Shown: one piece after another, positions 50,473-60,087 of the stretch
How positions within the stretch are numbered: position 1 is the stretch's first letter
Layout: each line of letters opens with the position of its first letter
Assembly (NCBI GenBank): GCA_963841915.1
Contig: CAWJEN010000006.1
Coordinates: forward strand, 1,568,001-1,632,000
Source of the DNA: an uncultured Planctomycetota bacterium
GTDB lineage: Bacteria > Planctomycetota > Phycisphaerae > Tepidisphaerales > Tepidisphaeraceae
DNA: 64,000 nt
Direction: 5' to 3'
Notes under the pieces: model-generated
Seen by the model: the letters and a program-made list of their open reading frames with translations, nothing else
Databases searched by the model: none
What the model was told of the DNA's origin: nothing
Program-made: the position numbers and the translations under genes

Positions 50473-52284
50473 ATGCGGGACTCGGGGAAGATCAAGGTCT
50501 ACACGACGATGGCCGCAACGGTGTGCGCGTTGACCGCGCTGCCGCTCGGCGTGCTGGGCTACGTCGCGGCCGGTGAGTCGTTGCTCAACGGCTTCTACAT
50601 GACGCTGCAGTTCTTCGCCCTGGGCGATCCTTACCCGGACGCGGCCAAGAACTTCATGCTCCACGTCGCCCGCCTGCTGGCCGCGGCGGCGGTGTCGCTG
50701 GCGGTGGTCATGACGGTGATGTCGCTTTGTGCCGACGTCTCACGACGATACTTTGCCCAAAGCTGGCGCAACCACGACATCGTCTGCGGCCTTGGAAATC
50801 GGGGCATCAACCTTGTGCACCAACTCGCCGCGACGCATCAGTGCGAGAGTGTCAAGGACCGCATCAAGGCCGCGATGTGGGGCGACCGCGCCATCGTCGC
50901 CATCGAACGCAACGAGCAGAACCCGCACCTCCAGACGGCGAGGCGGGCGGGCGCATTGGTCATCGTCGGCGATGCGACCAACCCCAATGTGCTCCACGAC
51001 GCGGCCGTGCGATCCGCGGCTCGGCTGTTCTCGTGTTGCGGCAAGGACGACGACACCGACGTCGCCGTCACCCTGGCGGCGGTGGACGAGGCGGCGAAGT
51101 CGACGCGTACCAAGCAGCTTCACATCTGCCCGGAGATCAACGATCCGACCATCCGCACGCTCATTCGGCAGTACGCCGCCCGGCAGAAACACGAAGGGCG
51201 TTCGGTGCTCGTGCACCCTTTCGACAACAACGAGCTCTCTGCTCGACGCCTGCTCGCCGACTACCCGCTCGACCATGATCGACAGCTCGGCCTTACATCG
51301 TTCAAGCACGCCCAGCTCGTCATCATCGGATTCGGCCCGCTCGGTCAGGCGGTGCTGTTGCAGGCGATGCACGTGGGGCACTTTGCCAATCGCAGTGTGT
51401 TGCGCGTCACGCTGATCGATCCGGACATTGACACACTGTATCGCCGATTTGTGGCGGCCCATCCGAACCTCGGCCGCAGAGGGTTGCAACGGCCCGCACG
51501 CATCCGCCGCCGTGGCATGCACCCGCTGGACCCGCGGCTGTGCATGTTTCTCAACGACATCGCCGACAATCCCGAAGCAGTCGTAACCGTTGTCGTGTGC
51601 CTCGGCGTCGCAACAGAGGCGGTCCGACTGGTCGACCAGACTCGTCGTGCCACTGCGGCGGACAACGTCAGGTTGCTCGTCCGCGTTCCGAACAATCGTG
51701 GGTTCGGCCGCTTGCTTCACCCCGAAAGCGAGGCGAATCGTGAGGTGGACGGCGTCGCCTTTCCAAACGTGTACGACTTCAGCCCGGCCACTGACATCGA
51801 TCCCGCGGCCATTCGCGACGAGCATCATGACAAGCTGGCCCAGGCGATTCACCACGCATATCGCACCAGGACCACATTCGGCGAGAACCTACCCGATGCA
51901 AAGCCGCAGCAGCGGCCTTGGAACGAGCTCGACGAGATCTTTCGCATTTCCAATCGGGCGGCGGCTGACTTTGTGCCGTTACTCTGGCGGACGTTCGGCT
52001 TTGAGATCATCGCCGCAAAGTCTGCGGATCAAAGAAATCGGGTGAAGGAGGTGCCGTCGCACTTGCACGAGGTCATGGCCCAGCTCGAACACGAGCGCTG
52101 GTGCAGCGAGCGGTTCTTGTCCGGCTGGCAGCGCGACGCGGTTCGCGACGACTCGCGTCGGCGGCATCCGGATCTGGTCCCGTGGGCCACGCTCGACGCA
52201 GCGTCGAAGCAGCACAATCGGGACCAAGTCAGCTCGCACGTCACCATTCTCAGCCAGATCGGCTATGTCGTCCTCCCAGCCTGA
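50473..52284 (+). CDS. Membrane protein with 2TM/pore-like segment, two TrkA-N/RCK domains and C-terminal RyR domains
   Basis: TM-YMTLQFFALG-TM; HDIVCGLGNRG...VGDAT; LVIIGFGPLG; LAQAIHHAY...WNELDE...SNR; MAQLEHERW...GW...HPDLVPWATL. Confidence 0.85.
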   Translation: MRDSGKIKVYTTMAATVCALTALPLGVLGYVAAGESLLNGFYMTLQFFALGDPYPDAAKNFMLHVARLLAAAAVSLAVVMTVMSLCADVSRRYFAQSWRNHDIVCGLGNRGINLVHQLAATHQCESVKDRIKAAMWGDRAIVAIERNEQNPHLQTARRAGALVIVGDATNPNVLHDAAVRSAARLFSCCGKDDDTDVAVTLAAVDEAAKSTRTKQLHICPEINDPTIRTLIRQYAARQKHEGRSVLVHPFDNNELSARRLLADYPLDHDRQLGLTSFKHAQLVIIGFGPLGQAVLLQAMHVGHFANRSVLRVTLIDPDIDTLYRRFVAAHPNLGRRGLQRPARIRRRGMHPLDPRLCMFLNDIADNPEAVVTVVVCLGVATEAVRLVDQTRRATAADNVRLLVRVPNNRGFGRLLHPESEANREVDGVAFPNVYDFSPATDIDPAAIRDEHHDKLAQAIHHAYRTRTTFGENLPDAKPQQRPWNELDEIFRISNRAAADFVPLLWRTFGFEIIAAKSADQRNRVKEVPSHLHEVMAQLEHERWCSERFLSGWQRDAVRDDSRRRHPDLVPWATLDAASKQHNRDQVSSHVTILSQIGYVVLPA

Positions 52285-52296
52285 TCGGAGACTTCC

Positions 52297-53190
52297 TTGA
52301 GCACAGCGATAGACGAAGTGGCTCGACAAGCCGCCTCCGAAGAAGCCAGGCAGGCCCTCATCAACGGGCAGCCGTACGAGGCGTTGTCGGCAATCTGCCG
52401 GGCCATCCGGCTGACGCCGCGAACGGCCCAAGGCGACGACGTCCTAGCAAGCAAAGTTGCGGCATTGAAACATTTCGCCGAGATACACCCGCAGACGCAA
52501 GGGACCATCTGGTGTCAGTGGGTCTTGACACTCGCCATTGCCGTACGCCGACTCAGCGACGGGGCGACGGACGTACCCGCCGACGTGAAGGTGCTCGCCG
52601 GCAAGCGTGTGACCGGCCCGATCATGTTTGTGGCTGGCGGTTGCGAGGATGCGCATTCTGTTGAGTGGGCACGCCTCGTCGATCTGCTCGATGGTGCGCT
52701 AGGCGACGTTGAACGCACGCTTGTGTCCGGCGGCACGAGGTCGGGCGTGAGCCAACTTGTAGGCGATCTAATCGAGCGACGCCCGCACTGCCGCCGTGGC
52801 ATGTGCTGGCTGCCGGACGAGATGCCTTCGGACGTGAGTATCGATGAGCGGTACGAGGACCGCCGGGTCAGCGAGGTCGGTGACGGTGCGTCGGGCTTTA
52901 CACCTGCCGAGCCGCTGCGATCTTGGATGACGGTGCTCGCCTCGGGAATTGCGCCGGCCGATGTGGTGCTGCTCGGCATCAACGGTGGTCGCATCTCTGG
53001 CTTCGAATACGAGCTGGCTGCCACGCTTGGCGCTCGCGTCGGACTGCTGCATCCGACGGGTCGCGCGGTGGACGCGCTGCACGCGCAGCGTCATCGCCTT
53101 GAGCAGCCGAGTGTGGAGTTTCTTCCGCTCGAACAGGCTCGAATCGCCGCCTTCGTCTCGCGTGATCAATTCGGAGTCGAGGCATCGTGA
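52297..53190 (+). CDS. SLOG-superfamily nucleotide-binding domain protein with helical N-terminus
   Basis: FVAGG, LVSGGTRSGV, GINGGRISGFE (cf. LOG GGxGTxxE); TTG start after GGAG. Confidence 0.7.
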   Translation: MSTAIDEVARQAASEEARQALINGQPYEALSAICRAIRLTPRTAQGDDVLASKVAALKHFAEIHPQTQGTIWCQWVLTLAIAVRRLSDGATDVPADVKVLAGKRVTGPIMFVAGGCEDAHSVEWARLVDLLDGALGDVERTLVSGGTRSGVSQLVGDLIERRPHCRRGMCWLPDEMPSDVSIDERYEDRRVSEVGDGASGFTPAEPLRSWMTVLASGIAPADVVLLGINGGRISGFEYELAATLGARVGLLHPTGRAVDALHAQRHRLEQPSVEFLPLEQARIAAFVSRDQFGVEAS

Positions 53191-54269
53191 AGCGCATCAT
53201 CAGCATCGACGGCGGTGGCATTCGCGGCGTCTTTTCGCTGCAGATTCTGAAGCGCATCGAGCTGCTTTATCGAGAGCGACACGCCAAAGCCGATCTCGTG
53301 TTGGCGGACGTCATCGACTTCTTCGCCGGGACCAGCACCGGCGCGATTGTCGCGACATGTTTGAGTTGGGGCATGTCAGTCGACGAGGTCGAGCGGCTGT
53401 ATGTTGAAGAGGGCGGGCGCATGTTTTCAAGAGCCGGCGTGCTGGAGCGGTGGTGGTCAAAGTACCGGCCGCACGCGTTGGCGGACATGTTTCGTGAGCT
53501 GTTCCTGGAAGATGACGGTGCACCCGCTGATCTTGGCAGCGGCAAGCTGCGGACGCGACTGCTCGTCGTGATGCGAAACGCGACGACCGGTTCGCCCTGG
53601 CCGATCACGAACAATCCGGAGGCGTTGTTCAACGACGAGTCGCTGGCCGACTGCAACTTGCGGATCCCAATCTGGCAGTTGCTTCGGGGCAGCACTGCGG
53701 CACCGACTTACTTCGAACCCGAGCGCATCGTGCTCGGCAGTCAATGCTTCCTCTTCGTCGACGGCGGCGTGACGCCTTACAACAACCCGGCGATGCTGGC
53801 AGTCCTGAAGGCGACGCTGCCTTGCTACCGGATGAACTGGCCGACCGGCGTCGACAAGCTGCACGTGACCTCCGTCGGCACCGGGAGCTTTCGCAGCGTG
53901 CTCGGGAAAACCCGCGCCAGCCGCCTGCGACGCATCGGCCTTTTGGACCAGCTCAAAGTTCTTCCCAACGCGTTGCTCGGATCGGTCTCTGACCAGCAGG
54001 ACCTGATGTGCCGCGTCATGGGTAACTGCATCCACGGGCACCCGATTGACAGTGAGATCGGCGACCAAATCGAGCGAAGCGACGACGCGCCAACACGCAA
54101 GCAATTCACGTACGTCCGCTACAACCGGCGTCTTGATGTTGTAGACGCGACAACGACGCTGCCGCCGTTGCTCGACGCGACGCTCGATAACCTGGCCCTC
54201 ATTCCGCGGCTGATGGAACTCGGCCACGCGTACGCAGAAGCGTCGGTCGAGGAACGGCATCTGCTGTGA
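53187..54269 (+). CDS. Patatin-like phospholipase
   Basis: IISIDGGGIRG, GTSTG, AAPTYF, VDGG; GTGA overlap with upstream gene. Confidence 0.93.
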   Translation: MKRIISIDGGGIRGVFSLQILKRIELLYRERHAKADLVLADVIDFFAGTSTGAIVATCLSWGMSVDEVERLYVEEGGRMFSRAGVLERWWSKYRPHALADMFRELFLEDDGAPADLGSGKLRTRLLVVMRNATTGSPWPITNNPEALFNDESLADCNLRIPIWQLLRGSTAAPTYFEPERIVLGSQCFLFVDGGVTPYNNPAMLAVLKATLPCYRMNWPTGVDKLHVTSVGTGSFRSVLGKTRASRLRRIGLLDQLKVLPNALLGSVSDQQDLMCRVMGNCIHGHPIDSEIGDQIERSDDAPTRKQFTYVRYNRRLDVVDATTTLPPLLDATLDNLALIPRLMELGHAYAEASVEERHLL

Positions 54270-54275
54270 GCCAAC

Positions 54276-55613
54276 TCACTGCATGGCGGGATCGGGGCGG
54301 AAGCCGACGAGCTTCATGCTGCGCTGCAGGTCGGGGTCCTGCATGCTCGTTCGCCAGACGGCACCATCGCGGTGGTTCTCGATCATGAGCATTGTGATGC
54401 CGACGTCGATGCCGATGACGTCGGGTGCGACCCAGCCCTTGGCGTCGTCAGGCCCGAGCGTCGGGTCCGGGTAGAAGGAGTCGACGAAGCCGTAGTGCTG
54501 CCAGATGGTGTCGCCGTACTGGTCGTACATTGCCCGGATGGCGGCGGTGCACTCTTCAGGTGCGAAGACGATCGAGCCTGTCGACGCACAAGGTGTGAGC
54601 AGGCCGTCGATCTTGTCGATGAGTGCCGGCCCGCCCATCCAGCCGCGGTAGCCCTCTGGGCCGTCGCACGACGTCAGGCCCCAGATGTTCTCGCCCCAAC
54701 CAGGGAACCGGTCGGCGTAGTCGATGCACATCTGCCGCTGGGCCAGTGTGGCAATTCGCGAGTTCTCAAAGTAGTTGATGTAGTCGTCCCGCTTGTCGCG
54801 CAGGTCGAGCCACGCCATCGCGTACTGGTGCGTGAACAGTGCGTGACACTGCAGGTAGGTGTAGTCGCCGTAGGTGATGTTCGGCTCGCGACTGAACGCG
54901 TCCCACGCCTCGGGCGGCAGCGGGTGGGTCGGCGAGCCGATCGCCATCAGCAGCATGTGCTTTAACTCGGAATAGTGGTCCCAGCGATACTCGATAAAGC
55001 CAGTCTCCGGCCGCCAACCCATCGTCAGCGTCGCCTCGCCGTTGGTCATCCAGGGCCAGTCGATACGCTCGTAAATCTTCGTTGCAAGCTCGTCTATCTC
55101 GGCGTCATCGAAGTACGCCCGCGTGTGCAGTACGCCCGCCAGCAGCAGGGCCGTGTCGATGCTGGACAATTCGCAATCCCAAACGCGTTCGCCGGTGTTG
55201 CTGTCGACGAAATGGTAGAAGAAACCCTTTACGTGCGGCAGGTCGTTGTAGATAAATCGCAGCGTCTTGAGCACGCGATCGCGAGCCTGATCTTCTTCGA
55301 GCCAGCCACGTTCGTCGGCGACGCACAAGGCAGTGAGGCCGAATCCCGTCGACGCAATGGAGGCGACATCGTATCGCGTCGAGCCGTCCGCGCGAGCGCG
55401 GTCGGCGACAAGGCCGGTCCGCTCATTGGCCTGCTCCCAAAAGAACTTAAATGACCGCTTCGACAGCTCGTTGAGCAGAGCCGCGTCCGACTGCAGCGCC
55501 GCTTCGACGGCTGCCTGCTGCTGCTGCGGCTGCGGCAGTGGCTCGGCGGTGGTCTGGCAACCGCTAAGGGCAATGCCGAGGACGAGCCAAATCGGGTAAA
55601 AGTACTTGTTCAT
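54276..55613 (-). CDS. Glucoamylase-family (GH144-like endo-beta-1,2-glucanase) lipoprotein
   Basis: Lipobox LSGC; GLVADR, SIASTGFGL, GFFYHF, ELSSIDTALL, LFTHQY, WGLT, IGIDVG. Confidence 0.85.
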   Translation of the reverse strand: MNKYFYPIWLVLGIALSGCQTTAEPLPQPQQQQAAVEAALQSDAALLNELSKRSFKFFWEQANERTGLVADRARADGSTRYDVASIASTGFGLTALCVADERGWLEEDQARDRVLKTLRFIYNDLPHVKGFFYHFVDSNTGERVWDCELSSIDTALLLAGVLHTRAYFDDAEIDELATKIYERIDWPWMTNGEATLTMGWRPETGFIEYRWDHYSELKHMLLMAIGSPTHPLPPEAWDAFSREPNITYGDYTYLQCHALFTHQYAMAWLDLRDKRDDYINYFENSRIATLAQRQMCIDYADRFPGWGENIWGLTSCDGPEGYRGWMGGPALIDKIDGLLTPCASTGSIVFAPEECTAAIRAMYDQYGDTIWQHYGFVDSFYPDPTLGPDDAKGWVAPDVIGIDVGITMLMIENHRDGAVWRTSMQDPDLQRSMKLVGFRPDPAMQ

Positions 55614-55686
55614 GTGAAATGCACCTACACAAACGCTTAGCAAGTTCCCGAGCCTGCTCAGCGAGATACGGCGATGTGGTATGGGT

Positions 55687-56460
55687 TCAATAGGTGACGG
55701 CAACGTTCTGCTGCGTCAGCTGGCCGATCTTCAAGTTCTCGGCGTGGCCGTCGTGGAAGACGACGTTGGCAGAGCCTTGCGTCTCGCTGACACTGCTGCC
55801 GTGCCGGTACCGGAACGCGCCTGGTCGACCGACGATGTCGACGTTATTGACCGTCGGCAACGGGGCGCTCGCGTCAATTTCGGACACCTCGTCCGGCTGA
55901 TAAACGAAGCCGTCGGGTGCCGCATTCGTCAGGTCGGTGAAGTAGACGAATTCGTGGCTGCCACCGTTGGGATTGCCGCCGGTTTCTTTCACCTGATTGA
56001 CATCGCCAAAGGCAAAGATTTCCGTCGACCTCGGTACGCTGCTGATCTTCTCCGTCGGCCTGGGCGGCACAACGTAGTCAGGTGAAAAGATGAAGGTGCC
56101 GAGGTTTACGCCGTATGTAGTGAAAAACGGCTCAGTCTCCTCGATAAGCGCAGCCGGGCATTGCGACGCCTCGGCTATGCTGCCCCGTTTCTCATCCTGA
56201 TTCAGGTACAGTCGCAGTGTCCGGTTCACGAGCTCGTTGTTGGGTGCCCACGCGTACGGCAGGCTTGAGTCGTTGTCCGAGACGTAAAGCAACACGCTCG
56301 TAAACACCTGCTTTTGGTTAGACAGACACTGAACGCTCCGCGCCGAGGCGCGGGCGCTGTTGAGCGTCGGTAGCAAGATGGCCACCAACGTGGCGATGAT
56401 GCCGATCACGACAAGTAGTTCGACCAGCGTGAAGGCAGTCCGGCAAGTTGTGTGGGCCAT
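55687..56460 (-). CDS. Prepilin-type/DUF1559 protein with H-X9-DG motif
   Basis: [26 protein letters not shown]...[11 protein letters not shown]. Confidence 0.9.
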   Translation of the reverse strand: MAHTTCRTAFTLVELLVVIGIIATLVAILLPTLNSARASARSVQCLSNQKQVFTSVLLYVSDNDSSLPYAWAPNNELVNRTLRLYLNQDEKRGSIAEASQCPAALIEETEPFFTTYGVNLGTFIFSPDYVVPPRPTEKISSVPRSTEIFAFGDVNQVKETGGNPNGGSHEFVYFTDLTNAAPDGFVYQPDEVSEIDASAPLPTVNNVDIVGRPGAFRYRHGSSVSETQGSANVVFHDGHAENLKIGQLTQQNVAVTY

Positions 56461-56506
56461 CGGTTGCTCCTCCAGAAGAAAGCGTACGGAAAGGCATTTG
56501 GATGCT

Positions 56507-57136
56507 TTAGCGGCGACGGCGTGTTGCCATGCCCAGCAGCGCGACAAGACCAGCCGCCGCCGATGTCGGCTCCGGAACGACTGAGATCGAGAAGTCGTCG
56601 AAGATCAGGAAGTCGGTGTCGTTGAACGTCGCACCGGCTGGAATGAAGACGACGCCGCTGATTTCGATGGCTTCGGTGCCGAAGGGCACCACCGCCTCAG
56701 GCGTGGTCATCTGCATGAACGGCTGGTCACTCGTCACTGCAGGCGACTGAACGCTCAAGAGGGTTCCGCCGGCGGCATCAAGGTACTTGAGCTGGACGAA
56801 AGATTCCGAAGCCTCGTTGGCTGCAGCAGCAAGGAAGGCGCTGGCCGTGTACGTGTCGCCGACGGAGAAGCCGTCGTCAAGAACCTGTGCCACACCGCGA
56901 AAGGCGTCCGATGTTGCGCCCGGAAGCACGTCGTTGACTGCGCCTGCAATACCCGAGTTGGCATCGCCCGGCCCACCGATCCGCCAGCCTTCGCCGAAAG
57001 TGATCCAGTCGGTGAAGCCGTCAACCGGCGCTTCAAAGCTCGGGTTGCTGACGATGGGTGCGGCATCCACTGCACTGGCAGCGATGCCCAAGGTGGCCAC
57101 CGTCGCAGCAACGACTACATGTTTGGTCAGATTCAT
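56507..57136 (-). CDS. PEP-CTERM protein with CBM-like beta-sandwich
   Basis: Signal peptide; NPSFE...FDDFS; VPEP-TM-RRRR. Confidence 0.88.
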   Translation of the reverse strand: MNLTKHVVVAATVATLGIAASAVDAAPIVSNPSFEAPVDGFTDWITFGEGWRIGGPGDANSGIAGAVNDVLPGATSDAFRGVAQVLDDGFSVGDTYTASAFLAAAANEASESFVQLKYLDAAGGTLLSVQSPAVTSDQPFMQMTTPEAVVPFGTEAIEISGVVFIPAGATFNDTDFLIFDDFSISVVPEPTSAAAGLVALLGMATRRRR

Positions 57137-57205
57137 AGTTTCTCCTCAGAAGTTGAAGTCCGCTAACTCGCCAGGCGACGTTGCCAGGCGGGCGGCGGTC
57201 TGTGT

Positions 57206-57781
57206 CTATTGCTTTTGCTGATTCCAACGCACGTCGTCGATCAGGAACGCGCCGCCTGTAGGTGCGTCGCCCGCTCGAAGCGTGATGACAATGCGGACTC
57301 GGTCGGCCCCTTGCGGCGCTGTCGCAGGGAGCGTCATCGTCGTCCATTCGTCGGCGGGTAGCTCCTGGCCCCAGTCTCCCGAGTAGCTGCGGCCGACTTC
57401 TTCGTTGCCTCGAAGCCACTCCAGGGAAAGCTGCCCGCGGACCGTGCCGCTCAGCGGGTCGGCCATGTCGTTCTGGACCTGGGCAGTCAGCACGACGGGC
57501 TGACCTGCCGTAACGGCGACGACCTGCGAGAGGCCATGAAAGCTGCCGGGCTTGTCGCGGCTCGAGAATCGGCACGCCTGCTTGCCGTCGATGGCGGCAG
57601 TGTCGACAACGCCGACCTCGACGGGATCGGTGTCAGAGGTGAAGAGGTTCCAGTCGCTCGGCAGAACGACGATGCCGCCTCGACTGTCCGGGCCGGGTTG
57701 CTCAAAGCTCGCGTTATCAATGGCTGCCGCTTGCGACACAAGCAGAATTGTTCCGAGCAGGGCGTGGCGTAGACCATTCAT
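57206..57781 (-). CDS. Secreted CBM-like beta-sandwich protein
   Basis: Signal peptide; NASFE...W...IDDV pattern similar to the neighbouring gene. Confidence 0.7.
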   Translation of the reverse strand: MNGLRHALLGTILLVSQAAAIDNASFEQPGPDSRGGIVVLPSDWNLFTSDTDPVEVGVVDTAAIDGKQACRFSSRDKPGSFHGLSQVVAVTAGQPVVLTAQVQNDMADPLSGTVRGQLSLEWLRGNEEVGRSYSGDWGQELPADEWTTMTLPATAPQGADRVRIVITLRAGDAPTGGAFLIDDVRWNQQKQ

Positions 57782-58806
57782 GAGCGTGCTCCTGTGGTGG
57801 ATTGGCGGACGATGAGTTCACAGTCGAGCACCTGCGGCGACATCGAAACGCTCTGCCCCCTCGACAACGCAACAGCCGTCCGGCAAGCGCGACGGCCCAT
57901 TTCCCGCATAGGCGAACGCACGGTCGTCATCTGCAAGTGCCGTGTGGCTGAGATGTCATCAAATCCGACGAGCAGGACGTCGCCCGGGATCTCAAGTCCG
58001 GTCTCGAGAATGGCTTGGCGTGCACCGAGGGCCATGTCGTCGTTGAGAGCAAAGATGGCGTCAGGCCGGTCGCCCTCCGCAAGACGTCGGCGGGTCTCCT
58101 CGAGTGCGAGGGACTCTGAAAATGCACCTGGCCACACAGTAAGCTCGACGTCTTTTGCCGCGGCAGACCGCATGACACGCTTACAACCGCGAAGGCGTTG
58201 CTGGGCGTCGTAGTTGTCCTTTGGCCCGGCAATGACAGTAATGTTCTTGCAGCCGGCCTCGATGAGGTGTGCGAACGCTGCCTTAGCCGCGCCGTAGTTG
58301 TCGACAACGATGGCCGGTATGTGCTCGTCTTTCACCGGGCGGTCGAGGACGACGAGCGGGACTTGCTGCTTGAGGGCCGTCTGGATAACAGAGGCGTCGA
58401 GCATGACATTCATGACCATCACCGCCGCCGCCCGGCCGTCGCTGAGGCATTGCTTGAGAAGGTTCTGCTCGTCTGCCCGGTGACGGGTGAGCAGCGTGTT
58501 GACCTGGAAACCGGACGCCGCCGCCTCTTCGTCGATGCCGTCAAGCACCTCGGCGAAGAAGCCGCTGGCCACGACGGGGAAGACCACCGTCAGCACGGTC
58601 GAGCGGCCACCTGCAAGGGCCCGGGCGGCCTGGTGCGGAACGTAGTTGAGTTCCCGGGCGGCCTGTGTGACGCGGAGCAGCGTCTCGGGCCGAACACTCG
58701 GATGGCCGTTGAGCGCCCGCGACACCGTCGCCGGCGAGAGGCCAGCCCGCTGCGACACCGCGTGGAGCGTGGCAGGCTTCTTGCTGATGAAAGCGCTTTC
58801 ACCCAT
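57778..58806 (-). CDS. LacI family transcriptional regulator
   Basis: TLHAVSQRAGLSPATVSRALN HTH; YVP; AIFALND; GFDD; TTVR. Confidence 0.95.
   Translation of the reverse strand: MGESAFISKKPATLHAVSQRAGLSPATVSRALNGHPSVRPETLLRVTQAARELNYVPHQAARALAGGRSTVLTVVFPVVASGFFAEVLDGIDEEAAASGFQVNTLLTRHRADEQNLLKQCLSDGRAAAVMVMNVMLDASVIQTALKQQVPLVVLDRPVKDEHIPAIVVDNYGAAKAAFAHLIEAGCKNITVIAGPKDNYDAQQRLRGCKRVMRSAAAKDVELTVWPGAFSESLALEETRRRLAEGDRPDAIFALNDDMALGARQAILETGLEIPGDVLLVGFDDISATRHLQMTTVRSPMREMGRRACRTAVALSRGQSVSMSPQVLDCELIVRQSTTGARS
58788..58801. promoter_or_regulatory. LacI-type operator
   Basis: Perfect palindrome TGAAAGCGCTTTCA just inside the lacI-family gene. Confidence 0.75.
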
Positions 58807-58812
58807 TGCTGC

Positions 58813-58840
58813 AATGTACAACACGCCAGCCGTGTGTCAA
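58813..58840 (-). promoter_or_regulatory. Sigma70-type promoter, probably leaderless
   Basis: TTGACA-16 nt-TACATT, 6 nt before the ATG at 58806. Confidence 0.7.
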
Positions 58841-58887
58841 CCTCACTTCGCGGCAACTCCGCGTCGTTCGACGGCGTGGCAGTGGCT

Positions 58888-60087
58888 CTAGCCCTTCACC
58901 GCACCGGCTGTCAGGCCCGCGATGAACTCTTTCTGCAGCATGAGGAACAGCACCAGCACCGGCGTGATCGCGACGAGCGTGCCGGCCATGATGAGGCCGT
59001 AGTCGATGCCATACACGCCGCGAAGTTGGCTGATCCAGACGGCCAGCGGAAACTTGTCCGGCGTCTGGAGCACGATCTGCGGGCCGATGAAGTTGTTCCA
59101 CGCGCCGAGGTATGTGATGAGCAGAAACGCACCGATCATCGGTCGGACCATCGGCATGGCCATCTGGAAGAACATGCGGATCTCGCCGCACCCGTCGATG
59201 CGGGCTGCTTCCATCATCTCGTCCGGCACGCCGCCAATCATCGCCTGGCGGAACAGGTAGACGCCAAACGCCGGCGCAAGTCCGGGCAGGATGAGACCGA
59301 GGTATGAGTCGAGCAGGCCAAGCCAATAGAGCAACTGGTAGCTCGGCGCGATGAGCAGGGCACCTGGAATGACAAGTGCTGCCAACACGGTGTTGTCGAC
59401 GAGGTTTCTGCCGCGAAAGCGAAGCTTGGCCAAGGCATAACCACCCATGGCCGCACCGAGTGTGGCCAACACTGCGGTGACCGACGCGTAGTAGAAGCTG
59501 TTGGCTAGCGCTCGAATGACGCCGGTGGAAATGCGCTTGTCGGCCATGCCGTCGCCGTCGGTGTCCTGCGGGACGCCGTTGATGAGTCGGTCAAAGTTGT
59601 CATCAGTTAGCAGGCCCCAGGCCACACCGGCAAAGCCTGAGTCGTTACCGCCGACGACGGCGTAGATGGGCGTGCCTGCATCGGGGGCATCGTCTATGTC
59701 GGCAGGTATTACGCGGCCCAGTGGCGAGCCGACGACGGGTTCGCTTGGAATAACAAAGTCAGCGTCTTGCGTTTGCCAGCCGATGGTAATCGCTTGGCGG
59801 CCAGCCTCGACGCCGCCGTACATCGTGCCGACCTCAATGTCGTAGATGCGTGACTCGTCGACGGGCGGGAGCAGGGTGATGTCGCCCATCGACAAGTCGG
59901 CCGTGCCAGGGTCGAGCTGGAACAACGGCGTGTCGGGTAGGAAGGGCGAGCTGAAGAAGACGCTCTTGGGTTTGATCGACGAAGCCGCCATGTAGGCGAA
60001 CGGCACGAGCGTGACGATCGACCAGAAGATCAGGGCCGTGTACAGCAGGATACTGTTGATGCGGGCAGAAGCAGGTTTGACGCTCAT
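58888..60087 (-). CDS. Carbohydrate ABC transporter permease (MalG-like) with large loop insertion
   Basis: NS...GYALAK; EAARIDG; WNNF; QKEFIAGLTAGAVKG. Confidence 0.92.
   Translation of the reverse strand: MSVKPASARINSILLYTALIFWSIVTLVPFAYMAASSIKPKSVFFSSPFLPDTPLFQLDPGTADLSMGDITLLPPVDESRIYDIEVGTMYGGVEAGRQAITIGWQTQDADFVIPSEPVVGSPLGRVIPADIDDAPDAGTPIYAVVGGNDSGFAGVAWGLLTDDNFDRLINGVPQDTDGDGMADKRISTGVIRALANSFYYASVTAVLATLGAAMGGYALAKLRFRGRNLVDNTVLAALVIPGALLIAPSYQLLYWLGLLDSYLGLILPGLAPAFGVYLFRQAMIGGVPDEMMEAARIDGCGEIRMFFQMAMPMVRPMIGAFLLITYLGAWNNFIGPQIVLQTPDKFPLAVWISQLRGVYGIDYGLIMAGTLVAITPVLVLFLMLQKEFIAGLTAGAVKG

Noticed and set aside
50473..54269. Canonical CBASS or Thoeris
   Set aside because: No CD-NTase, TIR or SIR2 gene was recognised nearby.
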